Shown here: positions 9,250-19,624 of the stretch, piece by piece
How positions within the stretch are numbered: position 1 is the stretch's first letter
Layout: every line of letters starts with the position of its first letter
Source of the DNA: Dehalococcoidales bacterium
GTDB lineage: Bacteria > Chloroflexota > Dehalococcoidia > Dehalococcoidales > Fen-1064
Direction of reading: 5' to 3'
Assembly (NCBI GenBank): GCA_020342155.1
Contig: CP070842.1
Location: forward strand, 398,388-456,522
DNA length: 58,135 nt
Position numbers and translations under genes: made by a program
Notes under the pieces: model-generated
What the model was told of the DNA's origin: nothing
Database searches by the model: none
The model's input: only the letters and a program-made list of their open reading frames with translations

Positions 9250-10536
9250 ATGGGACATAAGGTTCACCCCACAGGTTTCAGGCTTGGTGTGATACGCGAT
9301 TGGGATGCCAAGTGGTATGCCGATCGGCATTACATGGAGTACCTGCAGGAAGACCTCAAGCTTCGTGAGGTTGTGGAATCAATGTATCCTGAAGCTGGTG
9401 TCTCCACGGTTGAGATTGACCGCCAAGCAAATAATGTGTCCATGACTATCCATACTGCCCGTCCCGGTATTCTGATTGGTCGTGGCGGGCAACGGGTCGA
9501 TGAGTTGAGAGCCAAGCTTGAGGATCTTGTCGGGAAACGGATCCAGCTGAATATTCGAGAGATTCCGCAACCGGAGCTCGATGCCTACCTTGTAGCTAGA
9601 AATGTTGCCGACCAGATTGAGCGTCGGCTTGCCTACCGAAGGACCCTGAATCAGACAATCCTTCGGTCGATGCAGGCAGGTGCCAAAGGGATAAAAATAA
9701 GCTGCGCTGGCAGGTTGGATGGTGCGGAGATTGCCCGGCGTGTCACGATGCACAGGGGACAGGTGCCCCTGCATACCCTGAGAGCTGATATTGACTATGG
9801 ATTTGCCGAGGCGCGTACGACGATGGGTAGGATCGGTATCAAAGTCTGGCTATATCGGGGGGACGTACTACCGGCACGTAAGGAGGCCGAGGAAGAGGCT
9901 ATTGCCGAGTATATAGAACCAGAGGCTGTTCCGTTGGCTGAGGTGGAGGTTGGTGAAGCACCTACTCTTGTGCCTGAAGAACCATCTCCAGCCGAGACTG
10001 TCATAGTAGAGACTGTAGAGCAGGCGGTTGAAGTAGCCCCCGAGGTGGAGATGATCGCTGAAGCGGAGGTGGCTACCGAAGCGCCCGCCGAACTTATAGA
10101 GGCCGAGGCTATAGCCGAGGTCGAGCCTGCGGCTGAACCGGAGGAGAAACCGGTTGAGGCCAAACCAGCAGCCAAGAAACGTACCAGAAAGGCGGCCCCG
10201 GTAAAGGCAAAGGCAGAGGCAGAGGCTGTGGCCGAGGTCGAGCCTGCGGTTGAATCAGAGGAAAAACCGGTTGAAGCCAAACCGGCAGCGAAAAAACGTA
10301 CTAGAAAGGTAGTCCCGGCAAAGACAGAGACGACTGCCGAGGCCGAGCCTGCGGCTGAACCGGAGGATGAACCGGCTAAAACCAAAGCAGCAGCAAAGAG
10401 ACGCACTAGAAAGGTAACGCCGAAGACCGAGGTGGAGGAGGCCAAGGAGACGACGGCCGAGGTTGACGACACTACAGCGGGGCCTGCCGCAGCGGAGTCG
10501 GCTGAGAGTCAGGGAGATAGCGATGCTACAACCTAA
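9250..10536 (+). CDS. rpsC: 30S ribosomal protein S3 with long acidic, repetitive C-terminal extension
   Basis: [15 protein letters not shown] domain [23 protein letters not shown]; core ends near aa 207 of 428. Confidence 0.96.
   Translation: MGHKVHPTGFRLGVIRDWDAKWYADRHYMEYLQEDLKLREVVESMYPEAGVSTVEIDRQANNVSMTIHTARPGILIGRGGQRVDELRAKLEDLVGKRIQLNIREIPQPELDAYLVARNVADQIERRLAYRRTLNQTILRSMQAGAKGIKISCAGRLDGAEIARRVTMHRGQVPLHTLRADIDYGFAEARTTMGRIGIKVWLYRGDVLPARKEAEEEAIAEYIEPEAVPLAEVEVGEAPTLVPEEPSPAETVIVETVEQAVEVAPEVEMIAEAEVATEAPAELIEAEAIAEVEPAAEPEEKPVEAKPAAKKRTRKAAPVKAKAEAEAVAEVEPAVESEEKPVEAKPAAKKRTRKVVPAKTETTAEAEPAAEPEDEPAKTKAAAKRRTRKVTPKTEVEEAKETTAEVDDTTAGPAAAESAESQGDSDATT
10114..10412 (+). repeat. 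Three imperfect in-frame tandem repeats in the rpsC tail
   Basis: gccgagg(t/c)cgagcctgcgg... units start at 10114, 10231 and 10336; they encode AE(V/A)EPA..E.E..P...K.AAK(K/R)RTRK. Confidence 0.9.
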
Positions 10537-10978
10537 GCGGGTGAAGTTTCGTAAGACTCATAAGGGGAGGCGTAGTGGACAAGCGAACGCCGGAAACACG
10601 GTTGTCTTTGGGGAGTTTGCACTTGTAGCCGAACAGTCCGCCTGGGTGACGGCTCGTCAGATTGAAGCAGCCCGGCGGGCAATGACACGTTATGTGCGCC
10701 GTGGTGGTAAAATCTGGATACGCATTTTCCCGGACAAGTCGGTGACGAAGAAGGCGGCGGAGACTCGAATGGGCTCGGGGAAAGGTACTCCGGACCACTG
10801 GGTGGCTATCGTGAAACCGGGCAGGGTGATGTTTGAGATGGCCGGTGTTACTGAGGATGTCGCCAAGGAGGCGATGCGGCTGGCGTCACATAAACTGCCG
10901 TTGAAAGTGCGGTTCGTTAACAGGCAAGCTTACAGCGCCGGGGCCAGACCAGAGGTAAAGGAGCTGACGCAGGTTTGA
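10523..10978 (+). CDS. rplP: 50S ribosomal protein L16
   Basis: [18 protein letters not shown]; start ATG 10523. Confidence 0.97.
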   Translation: MLQPKRVKFRKTHKGRRSGQANAGNTVVFGEFALVAEQSAWVTARQIEAARRAMTRYVRRGGKIWIRIFPDKSVTKKAAETRMGSGKGTPDHWVAIVKPGRVMFEMAGVTEDVAKEAMRLASHKLPLKVRFVNRQAYSAGARPEVKELTQV

Positions 10979-11184
10979 AGGTCGAAGAGATGCGAGCCCT
11001 CAGCCCAGAAGAACTGACGAAACAGTTAGAAGCAGCCCATCGCGAGCTTTTTGACCTTCGCTTTCGGGCGGCCACCAAGCAACTGGTGAACCATCGGGAA
11101 ATTCCAAGGGTGAAGAGAGAGATTGCCAGAATGCAGACGGTGCTGAGGGAATGGGAGTTGTCACAGATTGACTCTGAGGAATAA
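10975..11184 (+). CDS. rpmC: 50S ribosomal protein L29
   Basis: [16 protein letters not shown]. Confidence 0.95.
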   Translation: MKVEEMRALSPEELTKQLEAAHRELFDLRFRAATKQLVNHREIPRVKREIARMQTVLREWELSQIDSEE

Positions 11185-11236
11185 AGGTTATCGATTCGGT
11201 ATATTGATTTACCGAGACTGGAGAAGGGTCTAGTCC

Positions 11237-11608
11237 ATGGAGCGAAAGCGTAAGACCAGACTTGGCCGTGTGGTAAGTAATAAAATGGATAAGACGGTGG
11301 TGGTGACCGTGGAGACACGTCGGCATCACCCGGTATATAAGAAGACCGTCCGCAGGATGACGCGGTACAAGGTACATGATGAAAAAAATGAGTGCCAGCC
11401 GGGTGATACTGTCCGGTTAGAGGAGTCCCGTCCTTTGTCTAAGGAGAAGCGGTGGCGAGTGGCGGAGATAATTACCAAGGCAGAGCAGATAGAGGTCAGG
11501 CCGGTGGAGCTGGAAGTCCAGCCTGAGGAAGCCGTTGCTGAGCCTGAGGAAGCCGTTGCTGAGCCTGAGGAAGCCATTGCTGAGCCTGAGGAAGAGGCTG
11601 AAGACTGA
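11237..11608 (+). CDS. rpsQ: 30S ribosomal protein S17 with acidic repeat tail
   Basis: [20 protein letters not shown]. Confidence 0.97.
   Translation: MERKRKTRLGRVVSNKMDKTVVVTVETRRHHPVYKKTVRRMTRYKVHDEKNECQPGDTVRLEESRPLSKEKRWRVAEIITKAEQIEVRPVELEVQPEEAVAEPEEAVAEPEEAIAEPEEEAED
11520..11594 (+). repeat. 21-bp in-frame tandem repeat, about 3.5 copies
   Basis: agcctgaggaagcc(g/a)ttgctg repeated, encoding PEEA(V/I)AE. Confidence 0.95.
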
Positions 11609-11625
11609 TATGGGGATAGTGTGAA

Positions 11626-11994
11626 ATGATCCAGTCTAATACCAGACTCAGGGTAGCAGATAACACCGGTGCTCGACAGATGATGTGCATCGGTGTATTG
11701 GGTGGCACAGGGAAAAAATACGCCCGTGTCGGTGATGTTATCGTGGGGTCTATTAAGAGGGCTATCCCGGGTGGTGCTGTTAAGGGAGGGGATGTTGTCC
11801 GGGCGGTTATCATTCGTACTGCCAAACCCTACCGTCGGCCGGACGGCTCGTACATTAGATTTGATGAGAATGCTGCCGTAATTCTTACCGATAAGAATAA
11901 TCCACGAGGTACCAGGATATTCGGTCCGGTGGCCAGGGAGTTAAGGGAGAAAAACTTTACCAAGATAATTTCACTGGCTCCTGAAGTTTTATAA
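11626..11994 (+). CDS. rplN: 50S ribosomal protein L14
   Basis: [20 protein letters not shown]. Confidence 0.98.
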   Translation: MIQSNTRLRVADNTGARQMMCIGVLGGTGKKYARVGDVIVGSIKRAIPGGAVKGGDVVRAVIIRTAKPYRRPDGSYIRFDENAAVILTDKNNPRGTRIFGPVARELREKNFTKIISLAPEVL

Positions 11995-12007
11995 GAAAGA
12001 CCGGGCT

Positions 12008-12319
12008 ATGAAGATTAGGAAGAACGATAACGTACTGGTTGTCACTGGCAAAGACAAGGGAAAGAGGGGTAGGGTACGGTTCGCCTATCCCAAGAAGAAC
12101 CGGGTGCTGGTTGAAGGTGTTAACTTTATCAAGATGCATAGTCGGGCAAGGGCGCAGATGAGACAGGCCGGCATCATTGAGCGAGAGGCACCGATTAATG
12201 TGTCAAACGTGATGCTCGTCTGTAACCGCTGCAACCGGCCGGTAAGGGTCGGATTCCGTAAGCTGGAAGACGGACGCAAGGTCCGCATCTGCCGAGGTTG
12301 TAATGAGGTGGTTGACTAG
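12008..12319 (+). CDS. rplX: 50S ribosomal protein L24
   Basis: KOW motif GKDKGKRG, VEGVN. Confidence 0.97.
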   Translation: MKIRKNDNVLVVTGKDKGKRGRVRFAYPKKNRVLVEGVNFIKMHSRARAQMRQAGIIEREAPINVSNVMLVCNRCNRPVRVGFRKLEDGRKVRICRGCNEVVD

Positions 12320-12862
12320 ATGTCGGGGCTGAAGGAAAGATACAGGAAAGAGATTGTTCCTCGTATGATGGAGCTTGGTGGCTACCGTAATGTGATGCAG
12401 GTGCCCAGGCTGGAGAAGGTTGTCGTTGGTATTGGGCTGGGCGAGGCTGTTCAAAACGCGCGGGCGCTGGAGGGTGCAGAGCAAGACCTGCCGGCAATTA
12501 CCGGACAGAAACCGATAATAACCCGTGCCAGGAGGTCAATCGCCGCCTTCCGGCTGCGGACCGGGATGCCGATTGGATTGAAGGTAACACTGCGAAAAGA
12601 CCGCATGTATGACTTCGTAGAACGGTTGATTGGTATCGTCCTGCCCCGTATACGGGAGTTTCGCGGTGTCCCCAGGGATTCCTTTGATGGCCGTGGTAAC
12701 TATACTCTGGGGTTCAGAGAGCAGACCGCTTTCCCCGAGATTGATTATGATAAGATTGATAAAGTACGGGGGCTGGAGATAACAATCGTTACAACTGCCA
12801 GGACAGACGAGGAGGGCAGGCAACTTCTGGAATTATTCGGCATGCCCTTCAGCCGGGATTGA
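12320..12862 (+). CDS. rplE: 50S ribosomal protein L5
   Basis: ITGQKP, FDGRGNY, FPEI. Confidence 0.98.
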   Translation: MSGLKERYRKEIVPRMMELGGYRNVMQVPRLEKVVVGIGLGEAVQNARALEGAEQDLPAITGQKPIITRARRSIAAFRLRTGMPIGLKVTLRKDRMYDFVERLIGIVLPRIREFRGVPRDSFDGRGNYTLGFREQTAFPEIDYDKIDKVRGLEITIVTTARTDEEGRQLLELFGMPFSRD

Positions 12863-12872
12863 ACGGAGTTAG

Positions 12873-13058
12873 ATGGCTAAGAAGTCGGAAATTGCCAAGT
12901 GGAGGCGTCCACCGAAGCATAAGGTACAATTTCACAATCGGTGCCATTTGTGTGGTCGGCCTCGCGCTTATATGCGTAAGTTTGGACTGTGCCGAATCTG
13001 CTTCCGGGAGCTGGCTCTGGCCGGTAAGATTCCGGGAGTGAGGAAATCGAGCTGGTAA
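12873..13058 (+). CDS. rpsZ: 30S ribosomal protein S14, zinc-binding type
   Basis: 61 aa, RCHLCGRPR...LCRICFRE. Confidence 0.97.
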   Translation: MAKKSEIAKWRRPPKHKVQFHNRCHLCGRPRAYMRKFGLCRICFRELALAGKIPGVRKSSW

Positions 13059-13080
13059 GATATATCCAGAGGGGGTAAGG

Positions 13081-13479
13081 GTGACTGTTACTGACCCAAT
13101 CGCCGATATGTTAACCCGGGTGCGCAATGCTGTCATGGTGAGGCATGATTCAGTGATGATGCCTTCATCGAAGATGAAGCTGGCTATTGCCAGTATCCTT
13201 AAGGAGGAGGGCTTCATCAGTGACTATGAGGTGGTTCGGGGTAAGACGCAACGGGTTATCAAGATTCACCTCAAGTATCGAGACAGGAACGAACCGGTCA
13301 TTTCTGGACTGGAGCGTGTCAGTAAACCTGGCCTGAGAGTCTACGTCCAGAGGAAGGAGATCCCCCGTGTTTACGGGGGACTAGGGATTGCCATCCTGTC
13401 GACTCCCGAAGGAGTAATAACTGGCCAGCAGGCGTGGCGGCGGGGGATTGGTGGCGAGCTGCTGTGCTACATATGGTAA
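13081..13479 (+). CDS. rpsH: 30S ribosomal protein S8
   Basis: [20 protein letters not shown]. Confidence 0.98.
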   Translation: MTVTDPIADMLTRVRNAVMVRHDSVMMPSSKMKLAIASILKEEGFISDYEVVRGKTQRVIKIHLKYRDRNEPVISGLERVSKPGLRVYVQRKEIPRVYGGLGIAILSTPEGVITGQQAWRRGIGGELLCYIW

Positions 13480-13497
13480 ATTCTTGGAGTAATACCA

Positions 13498-14046
13498 ATG
13501 TCTAGGATAGGAAAGATGCCGGTACCCGTGCCTGAGGGGGTGTCAGTGGACATCAACGCGGGTGAGGTTACCGTAAAAGGACCTAAGGGAGAACTGCGGC
13601 GCCAGTTCAATCCGGATATGATGATCGAATTTAAGGAGGATATCCTGACTGTATCGCGTCCCAGTGATGACCGGGTGCATCGTTCCTTGCATGGTCTGAC
13701 ACGGACCCTTCTCGCAAATATGGTGGAAGGGGTGACCGAGGGTTGCCAAAGGACTTTGGATATTGTGGGCGTCGGTTATCGGGCTGAGAAGAGTGGGGAC
13801 AACCTGATAATCAATGTTGGCTTTTCCCACCCAGTTGAGGTTAAGCCCTTACCGGGTATAACACTGGAGGTCGTGGGGAATCGTATAAATGTTAGCGGGA
13901 TTGACAAGGAAGTCGTTGGTGAGATGACGGCTCGAATCAGGGCAATCCGCCCACCTGATGCTTACAAAGGGAAAGGCATCCGTTACAGCGAAGAAATAGT
14001 CCGTTTGAAACCAGGTAAGGCAGGCAAAGCGATAGGGAGAGGATAA
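13498..14046 (+). CDS. rplF: 50S ribosomal protein L6
   Basis: MSRIGK, PDAYKGKGIRY. Confidence 0.98.
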   Translation: MSRIGKMPVPVPEGVSVDINAGEVTVKGPKGELRRQFNPDMMIEFKEDILTVSRPSDDRVHRSLHGLTRTLLANMVEGVTEGCQRTLDIVGVGYRAEKSGDNLIINVGFSHPVEVKPLPGITLEVVGNRINVSGIDKEVVGEMTARIRAIRPPDAYKGKGIRYSEEIVRLKPGKAGKAIGRG

Positions 14047-14412
14047 GTGGGCCAAAAGCACCGAAGAGCCGCTCGTATCCGGCGGCATACCAGGGTCAGG
14101 GCGAGAGTGGAAGGTACTGTCTCCCGGCCACGTTTATGCGTGTTTCGCAGTCTGAACCATATCTATGCTCAGGTTATTGATGATACTATCGGTCATACCC
14201 TGGTAGCGGCGTCAACCCTTGACCAGGAGATGAAGGGTGAGTTGGACGGCAAGAACAAAACGGGTAAGTCCGAGCTTGTCGGTACGCTGATAGCGAAACG
14301 GGCGCTTGATAAAGGGATAACTCAGGTGGCCTTTGACCGCGGCGGCTTCAAGTACCATGGTCGGGTGAAGGCATTGGCTGAGGCTGCTCGTAAGGAAGGA
14401 CTGAAGTTCTGA
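14047..14412 (+). CDS. rplR: 50S ribosomal protein L18
   Basis: [21 protein letters not shown]. Confidence 0.98.
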   Translation: MGQKHRRAARIRRHTRVRARVEGTVSRPRLCVFRSLNHIYAQVIDDTIGHTLVAASTLDQEMKGELDGKNKTGKSELVGTLIAKRALDKGITQVAFDRGGFKYHGRVKALAEAARKEGLKF

Positions 14413-14434
14413 GGGGAGTAGTGCTAGGTAGACT

Positions 14435-14956
14435 ATGGTAGTACTAAATAAGATAGACCCGACTGACCTGATTCTAACTGATAAACTGATATACATCAAC
14501 CGTGTTGCCAAGGTGGTGATGGGGGGTAAACGCCTCAGCTTCAGTGCTCTGGTGGTAACCGGTGATGGCCAGGGGCATGTCGGTGTCGGCATCGGTAAGG
14601 CTAACGAAGTGCCGCTGGCGATTAACAAAGCAAACGCGATCGCGAGGAAAGAACTCATCAAGATTAACCTGGCGGGGTCAACTATTCCCCATGGGATAAC
14701 GGTCAAGTATGGTGCAGCCCGGGTTATGCTGAAACCGGCGTCACCGGGTACCGGTATCATCGCTGGTGGCAGTGTTCGTGCTGTGCTTGAGGTAGCCGGG
14801 GTAAAAGATATCCTGACGAAGTCGTTAGGCAGTGCTAACAAGGCTAACGTGGCCAGGGCAACGATTCTCGCCCTCAGCAAATTGAAAGACCCGGCCAGGG
14901 AAGTGGCCAGACGAAAGGGATTACCTGAACCTGAGGAGACTGTGACCGATGTCTAA
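14435..14956 (+). CDS. rpsE: 30S ribosomal protein S5
   Basis: INRVAKV.. [14 protein letters not shown]. Confidence 0.97.
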   Translation: MVVLNKIDPTDLILTDKLIYINRVAKVVMGGKRLSFSALVVTGDGQGHVGVGIGKANEVPLAINKANAIARKELIKINLAGSTIPHGITVKYGAARVMLKPASPGTGIIAGGSVRAVLEVAGVKDILTKSLGSANKANVARATILALSKLKDPAREVARRKGLPEPEETVTDV

Positions 14957-15131
14957 GCTGAGAGTTACCTGGGTCAAGAGTGGCATTGGCTACAGTCAGG
15001 ACCAGCGGCGAACATTGCGGGCCCTGGGCTTCCACCGACTCAACCAGAGTGTTGTTCACGAAGATTCGGGGTCCATTCGTGGTATGATTATTAAGGTTAG
15101 ACATTTACTCAAGGTGGAGGAAGCAAAGTGA
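14949..15131 (+). CDS. rpmD: 50S ribosomal protein L30
   Basis: [17 protein letters not shown]. Confidence 0.95.
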   Translation: MSKLRVTWVKSGIGYSQDQRRTLRALGFHRLNQSVVHEDSGSIRGMIIKVRHLLKVEEAK

Positions 15132-15592
15132 GATTGGACGCGCTTTCTCCGGCGCCTGGCTCGCGAAAAACAAGGAAGCGTGTCGGTCGCGGGGATGGCA
15201 GTGGACGTGGGACCTATTCGGGACGGGGTAGTAAAGGACAGAAATCCCGTTCTGGTCATCGGATGATACCCGGCTTTGAAGGCGGGCAGTTGCGGCTTAT
15301 CGAGCGCCTACCGCGTAAGCGTGGCTTCACCAATATCTTCCGTACCGAATACTGCGTTGTCAAGCTGGCCAGTCTGAATTCGTTTGAGGCTGGTAGTGAG
15401 ATAGACCCGGAAAAATTGGTGGCTGCCGGTATAATCAAGTCGCTGCGCAAGCCAATCAAGATACTGTCGGATGGTGATATCAATCACCCACTTTCGGTAA
15501 AGGCACATAAGTTCTCGGCGGCTGCCAGGGCCAAGATTGAGGCGGCTGGAGGCAAAACGGAGGAGGTGGTAAATGCGGCCGCGGCAGACTAG
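15128..15592 (+). CDS. rplO: 50S ribosomal protein L15
   Basis: RVGRG.GSG, GFEGGQ, KIEAAGG. Confidence 0.98.
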   Translation: MRLDALSPAPGSRKTRKRVGRGDGSGRGTYSGRGSKGQKSRSGHRMIPGFEGGQLRLIERLPRKRGFTNIFRTEYCVVKLASLNSFEAGSEIDPEKLVAAGIIKSLRKPIKILSDGDINHPLSVKAHKFSAAARAKIEAAGGKTEEVVNAAAAD

Positions 15593-16895
15593 GCCTCGCT
15601 TAATTCAGGCGATGCTTGACGCCTTCAGGCTACCTGACCTGAGGCGACGGCTCCTTTTCACCTTTGCCATGCTGGTGGTCTTCCGCTTCGTGGCTCATGT
15701 ACCCCTCCCCGGAGTGAATCCAGATGCTCTCAGGGAGTTCTTTGAGAGCAACGCCATGCTGGGCTTTCTTGACATGTTCAGTGGTGGTGCCATGAAGAAT
15801 TTCAGTGTGGCGGCGATGGGGGTCTACCCCTATATAACGGCGTCAATTATCATGACGCTGATGACACCGGTAATTCCACGGTTGCAGATGCTTTCTCAAG
15901 AGGGAGAAGCTGGTCGGAACAAGATTAACCGGATTACTCACTGGCTGATGATTCCCCTGGCTGGTATCGCCGGTTTCGGGCAACTCAAGCTGCTGGAGGC
16001 TAATGGAGCAATTGACGCTGCCAGTGGACTACCGCTAGCGGCAATGATTATTTCCATTATTGCCGGCACAGTTTTTCTGGTCTGGCTTGGTGAACAGATT
16101 ACAGAGTACGGCATCGGCAACGGGGTGTCGATAATAATCTTTGGTGGGATTGTAGCCGGGTACTGGGAGACATTCGGTACGGGCTTATTAACCGGGCAAC
16201 AGGGAGAATGGATAGGACTGGTATCCTTTGGCCTTATTATGCTGGCTACGGTGGTGCTGATAGTTGTCTTCACCGAGGCCCACCGGCGGATTCCGGTTCA
16301 GTATGCCCGTACTACCTTTCGTGGTGGCCGTATGTACCGGCAATCAGGGGGGACCCATATTCCGCTGCGGGTAAATACTGCCGGGATGATTCCCCTAATC
16401 TTTGCAATGTCACTGGTAATCTTCCCGGGTATGATTGCCAGCTACTTTGCTAATCCAGTAGGACAGGACCCTAACTTTGCTAATCACGTCGCCAACATAT
16501 TTAGAGCTGACGCAGCGCTGCCTTTGGGTCTGATTTACTGGGGGTTGTACTTTCTTCTGGTGATTGGCTTTGCCTTTTTCTATACGATGGTCATGTTTCA
16601 GCAGCAGGACCTGCCGGGGACCTTGCAGCGGCAGGGAGGCTTCATCCCAGGAATCAGGCCGGGCAGGAATACGTCCACTTATCTTAACCATGTCATCAAT
16701 CGTATTACCACGGCCGGGGCATTTTTCTTGGCATTCGTGGCCATAATCCCATTCCTCGCCAGGACAGTTACCGATGTCCAGACGATACAGCTGTCGAGCA
16801 TGGGTCTATTGATTGTGGTCGGTGTGGTGCTGGATACGATGAAGCAAATGGAAGCGCAATTGACGATGAGGCGTTACGAAGGCTTTATCAAGTAG
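15573..16895 (+). CDS. secY: Preprotein translocase subunit SecY
   Basis: PYITASII, GIGNGVS, IPGIRPG; multiple TM segments. Confidence 0.98.
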   Translation: MRPRQTRPRLIQAMLDAFRLPDLRRRLLFTFAMLVVFRFVAHVPLPGVNPDALREFFESNAMLGFLDMFSGGAMKNFSVAAMGVYPYITASIIMTLMTPVIPRLQMLSQEGEAGRNKINRITHWLMIPLAGIAGFGQLKLLEANGAIDAASGLPLAAMIISIIAGTVFLVWLGEQITEYGIGNGVSIIIFGGIVAGYWETFGTGLLTGQQGEWIGLVSFGLIMLATVVLIVVFTEAHRRIPVQYARTTFRGGRMYRQSGGTHIPLRVNTAGMIPLIFAMSLVIFPGMIASYFANPVGQDPNFANHVANIFRADAALPLGLIYWGLYFLLVIGFAFFYTMVMFQQQDLPGTLQRQGGFIPGIRPGRNTSTYLNHVINRITTAGAFFLAFVAIIPFLARTVTDVQTIQLSSMGLLIVVGVVLDTMKQMEAQLTMRRYEGFIK

Positions 16896-16903
16896 GAGTC
16901 AAG

Positions 16904-17560
16904 GTGTATATTGTTTTTCTCGGTGCACCCGGAGCAGGTAAGGGCACACAGGCCGCAACTGTGGCTGAGAAGCTGAACCTAGCCCATATCGCCAGTGGTG
17001 ATATGTTTCGGGAGGCCCAGAAGCAGGAAACTGAGCTGGCAAAACAGGCTAAGGTCTATATGGAGAAGGGGATGCTTGTTCCCGACGATATTACAATACA
17101 GATGGTCCTGGAGCGTATCGCAGCCCCCGACTGTGAGCGGGGCGTGATTTTTGACGGTTTCCCCAGGACGCTGGAACAGGCCAAAGCGCTGGATGAGGCC
17201 TTGGGAAAACAGGGTAAGATGATAGACAGTGTGGTTTACATAAAGGTGGCTGAGGCCGAGCTGCTGGAAAGGCTCAGCGGACGCTGGATCTGCCGCCAGT
17301 GCCAGACCCCGTACCATATGGTGAATTCACCGCCCCAAACCCCGGGCAAGTGTGACCGGTGCGGTGGTGAGCTCTACCAGCGCCCTGACGATACACCGGA
17401 GACGGTCAAGGAGCGGTTAAAAGTCTACTTCGCAGAGACGGCGCCCTTGATTGACCACTATGCCCAGGCAGGTAAACTGCTCGAGGTGGGCGGAGAAGGT
17501 GGTGTCGACGAAGTGCGGGAGAGGATATTAGCGTCACTGGAGAAGGAGACTGTCAAGTAG
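16904..17560 (+). CDS. adk: Adenylate kinase with zinc lid
   Basis: GAPGAGKGT, DGFPR, CRQC...CDRC. Confidence 0.98.
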   Translation: MYIVFLGAPGAGKGTQAATVAEKLNLAHIASGDMFREAQKQETELAKQAKVYMEKGMLVPDDITIQMVLERIAAPDCERGVIFDGFPRTLEQAKALDEALGKQGKMIDSVVYIKVAEAELLERLSGRWICRQCQTPYHMVNSPPQTPGKCDRCGGELYQRPDDTPETVKERLKVYFAETAPLIDHYAQAGKLLEVGGEGGVDEVRERILASLEKETVK

Positions 17561-17571
17561 CGGTAATAGGG

Positions 17572-18339
17572 ATGAGTATTATTATTAAGTCTGACCATGA
17601 GATTGAGTTGATGCGTCAGGCTGGTTGGCTTGTAGCGACGGTCCTGGAGGTGTTAAGGGCACGAGTGAGACCGGGAATGTGTACCGAAGAGTTGGACGTG
17701 ATTGCTGCCGAAGAGGCTAAGAAGCTGGGTGGACGCCCTTCGTTTAAGGGTTATCGGGGATTTCCCGGCAACCTTTGTGTGTCAGTCAATGATGAAATCG
17801 TGCATGGTATTCCGGGAAAGAGGGTACTCTACGAAGGTGACATCGTTTCACTGGATTTCGGGATTATCTATCAGGACTTCCAAGGCGATGCTGCTATTAC
17901 TATTGGAGTAGGTGATGTTAGTCCTGAAGCTAAACAGCTTATGGATGTGACAGAGGGTGCTCTGAAAGTCGGTATTGCAGCAGCCCGACCAGGAGAGAGA
18001 TTGGGAGATATCTCAGCGGCGATTGAGCAATATGCGGAATCGAGAGGATATTCGGTGGTGCGTGAGTATACCGGTCACGGTATCGGTCGGAATATGCACG
18101 AGGACCCGCAGGTGCCTAACTGCACCACGCCAGCATTCGGGCTTATGCCGGGGGCTGGGCCGGAACTACAGAAGGGGATGACGCTGGCCCTTGAACCGAT
18201 GGTGAATATTGGGGATTGGGCGACCAAACGGGATGATGATAACTGGACGGTGCGTACCAGAGACGGCAGTCTTTCGGCGCACTTTGAGAGTACTATTGCT
18301 ATTACTGATGGAGAACCTGAGATTCTGACCAGGGTGTGA
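17572..18339 (+). CDS. map: Type I methionine aminopeptidase
   Basis: HGIP, GHGIG..MHEDP, EPM, SAHFE. Confidence 0.96.
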   Translation: MSIIIKSDHEIELMRQAGWLVATVLEVLRARVRPGMCTEELDVIAAEEAKKLGGRPSFKGYRGFPGNLCVSVNDEIVHGIPGKRVLYEGDIVSLDFGIIYQDFQGDAAITIGVGDVSPEAKQLMDVTEGALKVGIAAARPGERLGDISAAIEQYAESRGYSVVREYTGHGIGRNMHEDPQVPNCTTPAFGLMPGAGPELQKGMTLALEPMVNIGDWATKRDDDNWTVRTRDGSLSAHFESTIAITDGEPEILTRV

Positions 18340-18350
18340 GCGGGAAGTCT

Positions 18351-18569
18351 ATGCCAAAGAAGGAAAGTATTGAGGTGGAGGGGGTGGTTACTGAGGCATT
18401 ACCTAACGCCATGTTTCGGGTCGAGTTGCCAAATGGGCACCAGGTATTAGCCCATATCTCAGGTAGAATAAGGGTACACTATATTAGAATCCTGCCCGGC
18501 GATAGGGTCTTGATTGAGTTGTCGCCATATGACCTGGGCCGGGGTCGGATAACCTACCGGTTCAAGTGA
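18351..18569 (+). CDS. infA: Translation initiation factor IF-1
   Basis: [22 protein letters not shown]; start ATG 18351. Confidence 0.97.
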   Translation: MPKKESIEVEGVVTEALPNAMFRVELPNGHQVLAHISGRIRVHYIRILPGDRVLIELSPYDLGRGRITYRFK

Positions 18570-18581
18570 GAGGGAATTAGT

Positions 18582-18695
18582 ATGAAGGTCAAGGCTTCAG
18601 TTAAAGCCAGATGCGAGAAGTGCAAGATAATAAGGCGGCGAGGAGTAGTCCGGGTGATTTGCTCCAAGCCTAGTCATAAGCAAAGGCAGGGTTGA
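18582..18695 (+). CDS. rpmJ: 50S ribosomal protein L36
   Basis: Translated by hand, not in the ORF track: [37 protein letters not shown]. Confidence 0.96.
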   Translation: MKVKASVKARCEKCKIIRRRGVVRVICSKPSHKQRQG

Positions 18696-18722
18696 TATCC
18701 TGCCGAGGAAGGAGGTAGTCTG

Positions 18723-19112
18723 ATGCCGCGTATCGCTGGAGTGGATATTCCGAGAGACAAGCAAATCTGGGTATCGCTGCAATATATCCACGGGATTGGC
18801 TCCGCACTGAGCCACAAGGTTCTGGAGTATGCTGGTGTCAATGCCGAGACCAAGGCAGATGACCTCACCGAAGAGGAGGTCAACAGGCTCCGAGAGTATA
18901 TTGACCGGGAATACCGGGTTGAGGGTGAGCTTCGAAAGGAAGTCAGCTTCAACATCAAGCGTTTGACTGAGATTGGCAGCTACCGGGGCCACCGACATCG
19001 CTATAGTCTGCCGGTCAGGGGGCAACGGACCCGCACCAACGCTCGTACCCACCGTGGCTCGCGAAAGACTGTGGCTGGCAGAGGTAAGAAGCGCGGTGCC
19101 ACCAAGAAGTAA
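18723..19112 (+). CDS. rpsM: 30S ribosomal protein S13
   Basis: [22 protein letters not shown]. Confidence 0.98.
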   Translation: MPRIAGVDIPRDKQIWVSLQYIHGIGSALSHKVLEYAGVNAETKADDLTEEEVNRLREYIDREYRVEGELRKEVSFNIKRLTEIGSYRGHRHRYSLPVRGQRTRTNARTHRGSRKTVAGRGKKRGATKK

Positions 19113-19140
19113 TCGGACTTAACCCAGATAGGAGAGCAGA

Positions 19141-19533
19141 ATGCCACCAAAGAAACGAACCAGGGCAAGGAGGAGAGAACGCAGGGTCGTTCCTGCGGGG
19201 AGAGCCTATATTCAGTCCACTTTTAATAATACTCTGGTGACGCTGACTGACCCCGAGGGCAACGTAATTGCCTGGGGTAGTTCTGGGACCGCCGGTTTCA
19301 AGGGTTCGCGTAAGGGTACACCTTATGCTGCCCAACTGGCTGCTCAGGATGCAGCGCGTAAAGGAATGGCCCAGGGCTTGCAACAGGTGGATGTCTACGT
19401 TAAGGGACCGGGTAGCGGGCGTGAGGCAGCTCTCCGGGCTCTTCAGAGTTCTGGCTTAAACATTAACAGTATCAGGGATGTAACCCCAATACCACACAAC
19501 GGGTGTCGACCACCTAAGAGGAGAAGGGTATAA
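19141..19533 (+). CDS. rpsK: 30S ribosomal protein S11
   Basis: [24 protein letters not shown]. Confidence 0.98.
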   Translation: MPPKKRTRARRRERRVVPAGRAYIQSTFNNTLVTLTDPEGNVIAWGSSGTAGFKGSRKGTPYAAQLAAQDAARKGMAQGLQQVDVYVKGPGSGREAALRALQSSGLNINSIRDVTPIPHNGCRPPKRRRV

Positions 19534-19624
19534 AGTATTACCGGTATTACCAGTAAGAGGACAATAACTCGGTGCTGTGTAACGGACGCTTAGCTGCTAA
19601 GAGGAGATGGGAGTAGGATAGAAA

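Noticed and set aside
9795-10472. 225 aa Ser/Ala-rich minus-strand ORF
   Set aside because: Antisense reading of the low-complexity rpsC tail.
11520-11594. Short direct repeats as a possible CRISPR array
   Set aside because: Head-to-tail with no spacers, in frame inside rpsQ, and no cas genes.
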